From the human T2T-CHM13v2.0 reference genome, Homo sapiens: DNA of 64,000 nucleotides. Below the pieces are notes generated by a model. That model did not search any database. It was given only the letters and a program-made list of their open reading frames with translations, and was not told the origin of the DNA. The translations under genes were made by a program, and so were the position numbers. The stretch lies in NCBI RefSeq assembly GCF_009914755.1, contig NC_060935.1, one strand, 5' to 3'. Of this stretch, positions 1 to 14,194 are shown in pieces; position 1 is the stretch's first letter; every line of letters starts with the position of its first letter.

Positions 1-1486
1 TGTGCACTTTCTCTAGGTTTTACAAAGTATTGTTATCTACTTGTACATGCTGTTCTCTTACAATTTTTTTTGATCCTTGCTCTTAACTACTGTCCAGACT
101 GTTATCCTTCTGAAGCTTAAGAGAACCTAGCTATGCTCAGAGTGGTCAAATGTCTGAGATGAAACTGTTCAGACCCAGGGTTGAAACAAAGGGTCGACAC
201 AAGGAGTTTATACAAGGAATTATGGGGGGATGCTTTGGCTATTCATAGACGAAGGAATGTTTGATATCAGGGTAGCAGGGAGAGCTAACAAAGTCAAGAG
301 CTGAGACCTGAATTCTCTTGCTGATGGTTCAAGAGAGAACTAGGGAGAAGAGGTGAAAGGTGATTCAGACAAATGAGAGCCCTTGCCTGTACCCCCACTG
401 CCCTGCAAAGAGGTGCTTGGTCCAGGACTCAGAGATGAGCGAGGCAAGGGATGTCTCCATTGGAAGAGAAGGGGTCAATAGGTACATCTCCAACAAAGGC
501 TTCTAAAACTTGAGTGGGTTTCATTACGGCCTTTGTTCCCATGAAGACCAACATGGGAGATAGAAAATGATACAAGTGTCAGCTCAAACACGTTTAGTTC
601 TTTCTCAAATGGCAATTCTCAGCATGTCATAGAGGCACTGGTTAACTCAGTAGGGTAACAAAATGGGTCATAGGAGCTCAGTCATGCTTAAAATTTTATG
701 AAGATCCATTAGCTCTAATATGAGGAAACCAGAGATGCTATTGGTATACTTTGGTGAGTTAAAAATAAATAAGACTTTTTATTCAGGTGATTAACCCTTG
801 AGGCAGAACTTGGATTTTATACCTCTTCCTACCCCCGCAGGGCCTGCTCTATTAAGTACTTAGAACCAAGGCTATAAAGATATGAAACTTGTTTATTTTG
901 GGGTATTGAACCCCTCAGTAAACTAGTTCTAATTGAACTTTCAGTGTGGGATGCCTCAAAGTAACAAAGGTTCATGGTGTGTTTTTGTTTGTTTGTGTGT
1001 TTTTCAAAATAATAGAGGCCTTCTCTCTCTCCTTCCTGGGCTCAGCTCCGTTAGCCGTCATCCTAAGCCCTTTGACCCAACATCTTCTAGGGTGGTGTCA
1101 GAAACTTCTGGCTTTACGTGCATTTGTCCCTGTTCTGTCTCACCCTACCCCTCCTCCGCAGAGCAGGCAACCTGTCCTTACCATGGAGCTGAGCTGAAGA
1201 CCATTCTGACTGGCAAACACCAACTAAGGTTTTCTTACCGAACTAGCCTTGAGTGCTTGAATTTCTCTTCCCTTACCATCAGTTTTCTCCCAGGAAGCTT
1301 TTCAGCATTTTGTGTAAAAAGCCTTCTGTGTGGCTGGCCCCACTGTTCTAATAAATTGAATAAGAATATGAGCTGCTAACATTAATACATTAATCAAATA
1401 CTTACTCTATTTCAGGTACAGTACTGTGTTAAGCACTTCATAGAATTTAATTGATTCAATTCTCAAAATAACTTCATCAGTCAGTG

Positions 1487-1491
1487 TTTTG

Positions 1492-1522
<31 letters not shown>

Positions 1523-1798
1523 TTCTAGAAGGAGTCTCACTCTGTCACCCAGGCAGTCGCACTATCTTGGCACACTACAACATCTGCCTCCCGGGTTCAA
1601 GCAATTCTCCTGCTTCAGCCTCCAGAGTAGCTGGGACTATAGGCATGTGCCACCATGCCCGACTAATTTTTGCATTTTTAGTAGAGACGGGGTTTTGCCA
1701 TGTTGGGCAGGGTGGTCTTGAACTCCTGACCTCAGGTGATCCGCCTGCCTCAGCCTCCCAAAGTGCTGGGATTACAGGTGTGAGCCACTGCAGCTGGC
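1487..1798 (-). mobile_element. Alu (AluS-like), near full length
   Basis: Poly-T tail, then gagtctcactctgtcacccaggc ... ctcaggtgatccgcctgcctcagcctcccaaagtgctgggattacagg. Confidence 0.95.
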
Positions 1799-2439
1799 AA
1801 AGGTTCTTTTGATTGCAAATTACAGAAACTCCACCTAAAACCTGCTTAAGTATGCATTTGTCTGCACTAGACATTTACTATTTTCATAATCAGGAAAACA
1901 TGACTTAAAAGGGGTTCATATAGCATTCACCACATTGTTTCTTATATTATAATCAGTGAAGACTCTTGTCCCATAGACTGATCTCCTTAAGGGCAGGGAC
2001 TGTCTTATGTGCCTCCAAAGCCCCTTCCTTGCCTTTTCAATTTGTGCTTAAGGATATATGTAAAGTGGATTGAATTGACGTGTCTCGTAAGGGAGGCTTT
2101 TTGCAGTCCCAATTCTTCCAGAAGCAGATGATAATAAGAAAGTAGTTTACACTTGAGCCAATACATGATTTTTCAGGACAAGCCATGTAACCTCAAATGG
2201 ATGTAATAATCCCAGGTTATTGTGAAGCTCAAATGAGTTAGAGCCCCTTGTGAGCTGTAAAACTCTGTACACCTGGTAGTTTGTAATGACTTGGGTTTAT
2301 AGAGCCTTCTCATTTCCGAAGCCTCTATCCAAGGTGAGTCATGTCTATTTCTAAATTTTCTAAGAACCATCATTCTCTCTTGATGAAAAGAAATGGTGCA
2401 AGGGAGCAAGAAGCTGGGAACATCAATTTAGGACACGAT

Positions 2440-3800
<1,361 letters not shown>

Positions 3801-4052
3801 ACAGTTGAATGCAGATAAAATAAACATAAAGGAAATAAAAACAAGCTCAATCATACCAATGTCAGAAAAACTACCTTGTGCATACACACATAAAAACCCC
3901 TGGCTGTATATACATGTATCACAGACAGAAACACTCATTCCACAGCACATTCTGAAATACCCGTAGGGATAACAACAGCACCCTTATGCACATATGCACA
4001 TGTGCACAAGCCAGCATACCACCCTGCACTCACATGCTTCATGCCTGCCCTC

Positions 4053-4090
4053 CACACAGACACACACACACACGCACGCACACACACACT
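4053..4090. repeat. (CA)n microsatellite, imperfect
   Basis: cacacagacacacacacacacgcacgcacacacacac. Confidence 0.9.
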
Positions 4091-5699
4091 CTCACTCAGG
4101 GCAAAGCTGATATTGATCTTCTTTTATTTACAGAGGGGTGGGAGTCCCAAGATTTTAAGGATGGGTCGATGTGGGAGCAGAGTCCCAGGGAAGGATTATT
4201 CTGCAGCCAGACCAAGTGTTCAGTCCCAAGGGGAAGGGGCCTGGCAAGGCCAACAGGGATTCCAGGCCCAGGTCTAGCAAGGCTGTGGCCCCAGTAGAGA
4301 TGCATTGTTAATCAGGAACTGCAGTGGATGATCCTCCCTATACTTACCTGGTTCCATGTCTGGAACTCTGCAAGTCAGGGTTACTCTGAAACTCAGAGGC
4401 TGAGTTTAGGGTAAGAAGAATTGGTCCAAATCCTCACGCGCTGGGAGGAAGGCAGCCAAGCATGGTCATGCCATTCCCTTCCTCCCTTCCTCCCTTCCTT
4501 TGGTTTACCTGCTCTCCTCTAGGTGCTGGAGTGGGTGCTAGAACACAGGAAGGAAGCAAAATCACTGCTGTCACAGAGCTCAGTCCGGCAGGGCAGATAA
4601 CCAATTACAGAAGGGCACGGAGGGGGCCCCAGTCTCACCCTGGAGGCTCAGGGACACTTTCAGAGGAGGTATTTTAAGCTGAATCCCAAGGGACTAGAAA
4701 GCGTTAGCTGGGTGATCCTGATTGGGTAGATCTGCAGCAGGGGCTCCCAAATTTGCATCTTACAAACACCAGTGACCCCAGCTGCAGATGCAGGTAGGGG
4801 TGGATCACATGTTGAGAAACCCTGGAGTGGAGGGGATTAGGACCAGTCAGGGGAGACGGGAGGAGGCTGCATTGGTAACTGGGGTGTGTAGGAGGTGATC
4901 TTTTAAATTCTAGACATGTCGGTGGGAAGGAGAGCCACACCGTGTGTCTTCATACAGATTGCAGAAGGGGACACTCTCCCAGAGGGCAGGTCCGAGGACC
5001 AGAGACTCAGGCTCTGAGCTGAGCTTTGTCCATGAGGGGGTGGACACCCTGTGAAGGATTAACCTTCATATTTGTATATTTCCCCTTGAACTACGAGGAA
5101 GCTTTATAAAGCAAGCATGAATGGAAAACCTGGCCTGCTCCCACATCTGTGATTTGCCTTTGCTACCACTAACATGTCAGGGAGGTCTGGTCTACCTGAC
5201 AGCCTTGTGTGGTGGAGGCATGGAGAATTAAAGTGAGGCAGCTGGCCTATTCTAGCCTCAGCTGGTGGATGAGGCAGCATCCTGGAGAGAGCTGAGGGAA
5301 GATCGGGGGCAGATGTGAGACAGATCCCCTCACTGCCAAGAGATACCAGGTGAAGGGAAGTGACCATGTTCTAAGTATATGCCTTTCTGTCTCTCACTCA
5401 TCATAGCCAGTCATTCACCATGCTTGATAATTTATCTCCTCACCTTCCTTTACTATTACTTTAAGTCAGACCTAAGTCGTCTTTCTAACTGACATGTCAT
5501 TCTCTTATCCTTTTCAGTTCAGAAAACTCCTATTCACCCATAAAAGCCCAGGTTATAATGACCACCCCTTCTCTGTGGCATTCTTGGACTATCCCAGCCC
5601 AGATTTCTCTCTCTCTCTCTCTGTCACTCACTCACTCACACACATACACGCACTCACACACACACAGAACATACCTATATTCTATATGAAAAACAACAC

Positions 5700-5880
5700 T
5701 GGTCCTCGAGTCTGAAGACCTAGATACAAATTTGAATTATTTCACTTTCACTTAGTAGCTCTGAGAACTTGGGTAAGTTATTGATCTCATCTGAACCTCT
5801 TCCTTTCCTCATCTATAAAATGGGTAGTTAATATTTACCTCATGAGCTATATTGTAAGACTTGATAAACGTCAAAGCATG
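5700..5880. mobile_element. MIR fragment
   Basis: cttgggtaagttattgatctcatctgaacctc...ctcatctataaaatgggtagtaatatttacctcat MIR core. Confidence 0.7.
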
Positions 5881-6829
5881 TAGAATATAAATGCACATCA
5901 CAGACATTCAATTATGGAATTTCTTTTACTTCTCATCACATTGTACACTGAGGAGCTACCATTTTCCTAAGACATCCTTTCAGATAGTAAGCACCTTACA
6001 AGAGACACCCAGACTTCTGCTCTTTTCCTCTGTGCCCATACCCAGGGGTCTACAAAAGAACCAGTTGAATAAACAACTATGCAATTGCTGTGACCCCTGG
6101 AAAGAAGGTAAACACCTTTGTGAGTTTGGCCCATCCGGTGGATTTTGGTTGGAATCTTTGTGTGCAGCATCCCTGGTTGGCCAATTGGCCAAAGTTTCAA
6201 GTACAGGAAAGAGGAGTTTCTGCTCTTCCTCACGTGCTCATCACTCCTGGTGGTTTTCCTTGAACCATAAATCATGACACTGCATTCTGAGCCTCCCTGG
6301 CCACACTTCTTGGGTGTGGGCACTCAGGTCTCAGTGTGCATGGCATGCATCCAGAGCTCTGGGCATCCTGCCCTCTGCTCAGTCTTTCCTCAGACCTGCC
6401 TTTCCCCATCCTCATCCCCCAGCTCCCAGCCCTGGGTGTCTTGATGTTAACATCGAAGGACAAATGCAGTCCTATATTTCAAAGTCATCAGGCAGATGTG
6501 ATTAATTTTGGAAATGAACAACAAGAAGATTAATCACAAACTTTCAGGTATGAGCAGCAATAAACAAAACCAGAGCATGGAGCGCTATTTATTAAAACAG
6601 TAAATTGAAGGGAAATGGGCTATTTATTTTGTACCATGTCTTCTACAGAAATAATTGGCTCATTAATCACCATGGTCACGTTTGGAAGGGCAGGCTCGCT
6701 AGGGAATTGAAGCAGGGGGCGGTGCTTACAGCTCTGGCAGCACATGGAGCTACAGGAAGTTGGTTCCCAGAGGGGTTTTCCTGTGGATTCTGCAGCGAGT
6801 GCATAGGCAGTGAGGTAGCTGGGAGGTAG

Positions 6830-7420
6830 CAGGTTATGGTGGTTAAGACCACAGATGATTGGCAGCAGGGGGCTTGAGTACAAGTTCTGGCTACTACTCC
6901 TCGCTAGCTGTGGGCAAACTATTTAACCTCTGTGTCTCAGTCTCTTCTTCTGTAAAATGATGTCAGTACTGGAACCATCTTGTAGGATAACATGCGTTTA
7001 AGTGAGTTGGTAGGGCACTGGTATATTACTGGGCCAGGTTTGGCACTTCTATAGGTGTTAGTTGTCATTGCTCCTTTGGTCCAGGTAGAACTTCAGGGTG
7101 GGACACTTTGGTATCAATGGCAGCTTCCAGCATAAAGTTATTGTGGAGTTCCCAGGGTCCAGAATGGAGGCAGAATAGTATAGAAGAGGATAAAAGGGAA
7201 GGCTCTACAGTCAGCCTCCCTGGGTTCAAATCCAGCCTTTGCTAGTTATATGTCCTTATCGAATGATTTGGCCTTTCTGTGCCTTAGTTTTCTCAACTGT
7301 AAAACAGGGTGCTAATAATAGCGCTACGTGATAAGGTTATATTGAATATTAAATGAGAAAATAGAAGTACTCACCTCAGTGCCTGGCCATCAAAGTCATC
7401 AATTAGTTGATGTTATTATC
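6830..7420. mobile_element. Two MIR fragments (about 6830-7060 and 7175-7420)
   Basis: gggcaaactatttaacctctgtgtctcagtctcttcttctgtaaaatg; ctgtgccttagttttctcaactgtaaaacagg. Confidence 0.7.
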
Positions 7421-9804
7421 ATTTTTAGGATCTTCTTACACACCACTCATAATCCAGTGAGCTCAGCAGGTGAGCAGATATACTGAGACTGGAGCCCCTT
7501 CCCTGATGGAAAGGGGAGGGAGCCAGAGTTCAAAGAGCGAGGGGCTGAGGAACCTGCATCCATAGCAAAGGCCAGCACCTCAAACGCATATGGAGGGTTC
7601 GCATGGTTTGGGCAGGTGACCATGACCAAGGGTTTGTGTCTTTGGAGCAGGGCATAGCACTTACGAGTAGGTGACCCCTTGGTGGTAGCACCCTAGCCAA
7701 GGTGGAGCTCCAGAGCACCAACCCAGTGGGCTGAGGTTTTTGGGGACATTCAGTTCCTGATGGGAGAAGGACCTCTTCAGCCAGCACAGCAGACGGGGTA
7801 GAAAGGGCAGGATGGAAAGGCCAAATATATAACACACACAGTTCACCCATCTCCTGCTCATCCTCTCTGATACTCCTGCCTATGGAAGCCAGACCCTCAG
7901 AATCCTCCCCAACACATCACTTCAGGCAGCCAGGACCAACTGAATGCCCTTAAACAGATGGAGTCTGTTTGCGATTCCAAGGCTACAAGATCAAAACTCA
8001 CCCCAGACTCATCTAGGGCATCAAAACTGCAGGTCCCTGCATGCTGATGGGGCTGGGGCTGTTCATGACCACCTTCCTTAGAGATAAGGAGGAAGCAAGC
8101 CTATGAGAGGGGGTCTGGGTCTCAATGACCCCAGAGGAATTGGACAGAAGGATGCAGTGCCAATGATGTCTTCAGGTGGCTCATGCTGTAATTGGGGAGA
8201 TCTCTCTCCTGTCTCCTCTCTCTTACCAATAAAAGGAATGGTTAAATGTCAAAGGAAGTGGTATGGTTAGTGTCCATGTAAGAGTATTCAGGGACTGGGA
8301 GAGGGATGCAAACTGGCAAGACAGGATGGGCAAGTGGCCTGTGACATCCAGACCAGGGCTAGGCTGAGGGTGGCATGTACTGGTGACTCATTCCCTGCTC
8401 TTCTTGGCCTGCTCTGTATTGACCCCTGTGGGCTGAATCAGTGGCTCCCCCGACCCCCACCCCCAGCTGGGTTTGGCCAGTGGGAGGCTTTGGTGGAATA
8501 TCTGACAGCAGATGGAGAGGGGGGTTTCCCCCCCTTCGTTTGGCTGTGGTTTTTCCCTCTTCGCTCAGCTGTGGTTTCTATAGTGGGGGTTCTTCTGCCT
8601 TTGGCTGTGGGGTCCTGCTGGCTGCAGCCTCCAGTGAGCCTGCTGGCACTCCTCCCTCTCCTTGCCCCTCTAGCTCTAAGGGTAGGAAGGGCTTCTGCTC
8701 TTGTCTCAGGGTTCGTCACCCTACCCTAGCCATGCTTTCGAAGAACTTCGGTTGTTAAACTCTCTTCATTTCATCTCCCCTTCCCCAGATCCGAGGCCCC
8801 GACTCATATCCTGAGTACAGAAGGGGCTTTTTTTCCCCTTGTTGGGGAAAGGGTCAGGTTCTACCAGGAGCATTTCCATGATTAGAAACCAAAGACAGAC
8901 CAGGCCCGTGGAAAGGCGTGAGTAGAACAACTTAAGGGAACAGAAAGTACTGGGGAGAAATAACTCTCACGCCATCTCTTTGGTTTGAGGATCATTTCCT
9001 TGGAGTCCTCCTTTAGTAGTTCAGTTCCTTTTGGAAATCCTAGTGTACCTCACCTGGACTGTAAAGGAACCTGGGGGTGGGAGCACGAAGGGAGCACAGT
9101 GCCCCCTAGAGGCTGTGGCGAGGGTGGCAGCGGCAGGAGCCAGAAGGCAATGGGAGGGGCTCACGGGGAGGAAGAGATACTCAGAGGGTACAGATCTGGA
9201 CAACTTGGCTCAATTGGACAGGGACATAGAGACATTATGTGGTGACAGTCTTTAAAACCTGGTTTCCACGATGTGGCTACACCATATAATTTTAAAAGAC
9301 ACCCACATTAGGGCTAATGTCTCTCCAGGCCCTTTCTGCCCAATCTTGTTTCCAAAACAACAAGGAAGGTTAAAATTCCTGACTGTGGGTAGAGAGGTTG
9401 GCTGAGGCAGAGGGCAGGGCAGTGGGACTTGAGGGTCTTATGGGGTCAGGTGCTAGATGTGGTCTAGGGTGTCTACCTCATTCCCCTCCCTCCTGTTTGG
9501 AGCTGAAGGCAGGAGAAGGAGCATGGCTGAGAGATGACACGTTTTTGGGTGACTATTCTGTTTGTTTTACTGGGTTTTAGAGAGTGGTGACCATGGCGAT
9601 AAAATCTGAAGGGCAGAGAGTGAATGCTTCTGTCTTGCCTCAGAACCCCCTTACATCTCTTGCTTGTAATTAGAAATGGTAAGAATAAAAGAGCTCTGAT
9701 TTCCAACAACCTTTGCTTCACAAGGGCCATGTCAAATGATGACAGCCCTATTCTTATAAAAGCAGATTCTGGGAGGAGCAGAAATCCCTTTTCTCTATGG
9801 AGTC

Positions 9805-10000
9805 AGTGTGTTTGCACTCATGCACGTTTGTGTATCTGAGTACGTACATGTATGTCTGCATGTGTCCAACCTGCTGCATGTGTGTGCATATGTGTATGTG
9901 TGTGGCTATGTTAACCTGTGCGTGGATGTGTACATAGATGGTGAAACATGTGTACCTCTGTTGCATGTGTGCACAGCCGTTGTAGGGATTGTGTGTGCAT
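9805..10000. repeat. Degenerate (TG/TA/CA) low-complexity tract
   Basis: tgtgtgtgcatatgtgtatgtgtgtgg... Confidence 0.75.
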
Positions 10001-10770
10001 TCCCCCATGGGCGAGGGGCTGTGAGGGAGTAGGTCCTGGTATCTAAAATCTTTACATCCTGCTTCTATCAGTCTTGTTTGTTGTAAAGAGCAGGGAGCTG
10101 GTCAACCAGCTGAGGGAAAAGAAAAAACATCAGGGTGTGTATGGGTTGGGTCTGGGAGGAGGAAACCCAGGCAGCTCCAGGGCCAGTTTGCTGCCTTTTG
10201 CTCATCAGCTCCTTTCTTTTCTCTGCTTAGTTGTGGTTTTCCCCATGATCCCAGCCTGCACAGGGGTCTAGTTTCTTGGTCCTCTGAGGCTGGCTCTTCC
10301 CCAGGTACATCCTGTGCATGGCCATGGGTCCTGGCCTTCTTCAATTGGCTGAATATGGTGTGTCATGGTGCAAATTCACAGGCAAAATTTGATTGGCCCC
10401 AGCTGGTCATTTTTGTGCTTAGTCATTACCTACTCAGCAGCCAACAAAATACCTGTCCATGGGTCAGGCTGAATCAGCTATGGTCATGGCACAAACAGGG
10501 TCACACCTGGGACTGTGGTTGGGATAGTTTTCTTTAAAAGAGATGTGGACATGGAGGACAATGATGAATGCCTCAGATACTTATGCAAAAATTCCCTGTC
10601 ACCTGTGAAGTGCCCACCCTTATCTCTGTGGAGGTCAGGACCATGGGGATGTCCCCCAACAAGGAAGGACTTGCCTGAGCAAGGCGGGATGAGCGTAGGC
10701 AGCCTCCTGGGGCCTGGCCTGGCCTGGCCCTCACCACCCCTCCCCTATGTCCCTGTTCCTTGAAGGAGGG

Positions 10771-11192
10771 AGCTTCGAGGCTGAATTGTGTCACCTGACC
10801 CCAAACTTGTCCTAACCCCCAGTACCTCAGAATGTGATCTTATTTGGAGATAGGGTCTTTACAGAGGGAATGAAGTTAGTATGAGGTCATTTGGGTAAGT
10901 CTTGATCCAATACGACTGGCGACCTTAGAAGAAGAAGAGATTTGGAAATAGAGACATGCATAGAAAGAAGAGGATGTGAAGAGACACAGGGAGAAGAGGC
11001 CAAGCACAAGCCAAGGAGAAGACCCAGAACTGATCCATGCCATCCTTCCCTCACAGCCCTCAGAAGGAGCTACCCCTGCCAACATCTTGATCTTGGCCTC
11101 CCAGCCTCCAGAGCAGTGAGCCAATACCTTTCTGTTGTTGAAGCTCCCCAGTTTGTCACACTTTGTAACAGCAGCCCTAGCAAACTAATATA
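10771..11192 (+). mobile_element. MaLR solo LTR (MLT1B-like)
   Basis: ggctgaattgtgtc...cctaacccccagtacctcagaatgtgatcttatttggagatagggtcttt...gcagccctagcaaactaata. Confidence 0.85.
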
Positions 11193-12182
11193 CCTCCCCC
11201 AAAACTTCCTCAAAATAGGGGAGAGGATGTGGGGCACTAACACCATGCCACCAGGTGTGTGTGGCAGCCAGGACACCGGGCTTCTGACACTCAGCCTCTG
11301 GATTCACCAAATGAGGAAGCTTCAAGGCTGGTGCCTGAGCTAGTCATTTAAAATTTTTGATGAGACCCACTGAAGATTTCAGGAAGGAAGGGATCTGATC
11401 ATATTTGTATTTCAGGAAGACCCTTGTAGCTATCACAGTGTGGAGGATAGATGAGTTGGGGAGGCTGTCTGTGAGTGTTGAAGAGGCTTGGGGAAGATTT
11501 CAGAGCTGTTTCGGAGGCATCGCTGCCATAATATACTGAGGGCAAGAAGGGGTGGTGGAGGGTGAGGACAGGAAGAGCTCAGTCGCGAGGAGTGTCTGGT
11601 TCGAGCACCTGGTGGAGGTGGTGCTGGTCCTGGTCCCTGGGCCGGGCCTTATGGGGGCCCTCAGATCAGCATTGTCTGCATTATGGCCACACGCCTGCCC
11701 AGGGCCCATCAGCAGTGAGAGATCAAGCCTGGAACTTAGAGGAGAGCTCTGGGGTGCACACGTGGATCTGGGTATCACTGGTGTCCAGGTGCAGATGGGC
11801 CATGGGTGGGGACAATCCGAAGGAGTGGGCGTAAGCTGCTTCTCCCAGAAGCATACTCAGGGACAAGCATTTGGGAGGTGATTGGGGCAAGTGCAGAGGA
11901 GTGAGGGATATGAGACAGGAAAGGGAAGAAAGGCCAGGGGCATTCAGGAGCAACTGGGGCTGAGTCCCTCCAGGGCCTGTCTGAGACTACAGGATCAGGC
12001 CTCCAATTTGCACCCCTGAAGGGTGAGGAAGCCTATCCCTTATTGGCTGGGGGTTGTTCCTATGAACCAAGCTCTCTAATACTTCCTGTCTGCCCTGCAT
12101 GGGCTAAGCAGGTGCCTATGGCCAGAGAAAGGCCTCAGGCAGTGATGCAGGCTGCTGGAGCTATATGGCTGTTGGCAGTGAC

Positions 12183-12491
12183 TTTTTTTTTTTTTTTTTT
12201 TGAGACAGAGTCTCACTCTGTTGCCCAGGCTGGAGTGTAGTGGCATGACCTTGGCTCACTGCAGCCTCAACCTCCTCAACTCCTGGGTTCAAGTGATTCT
12301 TGTGCCTCACCCTCCCAAGTAGCTCGGATTACAGGTGCCTGCCACCACACCCAGCTAATTTTTATATTTTTAGTAGAGACTGGGTTTCACCATGTTGGCC
12401 AGGCTGGTCTCAAACCCCTGACCTCAGGTGATCCACCCACCTCGGCCTCCCAAAGTGCTGGGATTACAGGCGTGAGCCACCGTGCTTGGCC
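12183..12491 (-). mobile_element. Alu (AluSx-like), full length with TSD
   Basis: Poly-T and full dimer ending ...gccaccgtgcttggcc; TSD gcagtgactt at 12175-12184 and 12493-12502. Confidence 0.96.
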
Positions 12492-12850
12492 AGCAGTGAC
12501 TTGGAGTCTGGCCAGGATACAGTCAATGTACTCTGGCTTCTGCCATTGTTGCTGCTAACAATTGTGTCCATCTTCTTGGGGGGTGTGAGGAGCCCATTCT
12601 CTTCTTTCATTACTCATAACAGAGGGGACCATGGGCAGGAACTAGGCGAGGGCTGGGGGCTGAGTTAGGGAACTGGGTGGTGGGCCAGGCAGCAGGGCTG
12701 GCTGAATAGGAGGTCTTACAGCACAGGCTAAAAGAGTCCTTTCCAGTATCAGGGAAGGCAGTGGAAGCAGGAAACACAGGCGTTTAATGTGCAAATGTCC
12801 TGAGGCTGTCCCAGAGGGGCTGACCTGGAGCCCTGCGTGAGTGAGCCAGG

Positions 12851-13292
12851 TGCTAAGGGCTGAATTGAGTCCCCCAAAAGGATATGGTAAGGTCCTCACC
12901 CCCAGTACCTCAGAATGTGACCTTATTTGGAGATAATCTTTACAGAGGTAATCAAGTTAAATGAGGTTGTTAGGGTGGTCCATCATTCAACATGACTGCG
13001 GTCGTCCTAACGACAGGAAATTTGGGCCCCAGAGACAGACACATACAGAGGGAAGACAATGTAAAGACACAGGGGAGAAGATGGACATCGCCCCGCCAGG
13101 GAAGGCCTGAGACTACCAGGAGCCAGAAGAGAGGCCTGGAGCAGATTCCCCTCCCAGCCCACAGAAGGAACCAGCCCTGCCAACACCTTGATTTTGGACT
13201 CCTAGCCTCCCAGACTGTGAGACGATCATTTTCTGTTATGTGAGCCACGCAGTGTGTGGAGATCTGTTATGGCAGCTGAAGGAAACTGACAA
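12851..13292 (+). mobile_element. MaLR solo LTR (MLT1B-like)
   Basis: tgctaagggctgaattgagtccccc...cccagtacctcagaatgtgaccttatttggaga...gttatggcagctgaaggaaactgaca. Confidence 0.85.
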
Positions 13293-13779
13293 CCCCTGAT
13301 TCATGGGAGGAGCCTGAGTGGTCTTGGCAAATGGACACAGGCAGTGTCCTGGCGAGGGGCTGGGCCGGGGGCAGCTCTAGGGGGTGAAGGTGGAGGTGAG
13401 TTGGCAACTTCAGGAGAGGGCAGGGTGGCCTGAAGCCCAGCAGATGACACTCCAGTGACCAGTGAGCAACTGTGGTCCCTCAGGAATGAAGGGCTGCAGG
13501 TATCTTCCAGAGGGGAACCTGCCATGGGAGAGGCAGAGGGGACCGTCCTCCTCTGGGTTGGAACCTGAGGTCACAGTGCCCTTCTTGCTGCCTTGGGTCT
13601 AATGAAGAGAGCTGGCAGCTTGTACAACAAGCTCCCACTGAGTGCTAGTCATTAAAGCCCCCTTTCTGAGGACGAGAAGCCAGAAAGGAGCACATAGGGA
13701 CGCATCTTTGGCTACAGGAACTCCAAGTTCAAAGGAACCAGGCATGAATCTCCACAGAGCACCAAATGACTGCAAAACC

Positions 13780-14047
13780 CTTTTCTTAATAATATTTTAT
13801 TGTCAGTTATAAATATTTTCCATCTGTCCCCTATTTACAACTGCAAAATAGTTTGATATCATACCATCACCTACCAATCAGCATCTTTCTATAAACTCCA
13901 TGAAAATTGAATAGGAAATAAAAAGCTCTTCTTGGGGGCCCACTAACCTGGTTCCCCAGACTCCAAACAACCCCACGTGGACAGCAGGCAACGTTGCAGC
14001 AGGTGCTACACAGTAGCAAAGAGGCAGCCGGAAGTGGCCCCGGTGGG
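13780..14047 (-). other. GALNT18: GALNT18 3'UTR (3' end approximate)
   Basis: Runs from the TGA (14050-14048) to about 15-20 nt past the AATAAA; the cleavage site is inferred. Confidence 0.8.
13796..13801 (-). terminator. GALNT18 polyadenylation signal AATAAA
   Basis: TTTATT on + at 13796-13801 in an AT-rich patch about 250 nt after the stop; followed on the minus strand by a GT/T-rich element (gggttttgcagtcatttggtg). Confidence 0.85.
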
Positions 14048-14194
14048 TCAGGACGCGAGGCTCCTCAGGACGTTGGTGATGCTCCAGTGCTGGCCCGAGC
14101 ACTTCTGCAACACCAGCTGGAAGCCGAACTCCAGGTCGCTATTCTCCTGCAGCTCCAGACAGCGCTTAGACTTGCGGTTCTGGATGGGTCCTCC
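14048..14194 (-). CDS. GALNT18: GALNT18 terminal coding exon (C-terminal part of ricin-B lectin domain)
   Basis: Minus strand: ...ccctag|GGA GGA CCC ... GCG TCC TGA. Translates to GGPIQNRKSKRCLELQENSDLEFGFQLVLQKCSGQHWSITNVLRSLAS* (48 aa), with a ricin-type RCL...C..QHW motif. Phase-0 acceptor. I recognise it as the GALNT18 C-terminus. It is absent from the ORF track because the exon has no start codon. Confidence 0.96.
   Translation of the reverse strand, partial: GGPIQNRKSKRCLELQENSDLEFGFQLVLQKCSGQHWSITNVLRSLAS

Noticed and set aside
1489-1874. Alu-derived ORFs (also 26196, 54863)
   Set aside because: They are standard translations of Alu sequence.
10771-13292. Two same-orientation MLT1B-like LTRs about 1.65 kb apart as one MaLR provirus
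   Set aside because: The spacer looks like L2-type and unique sequence plus an Alu rather than MLT-int, and I see no shared outer TSD. Two solo LTRs are more likely.
14040-14050. Stop-codon readthrough at GALNT18 TGA-C
   Set aside because: The context is TGA CCC, not the TGA CTAG readthrough motif.
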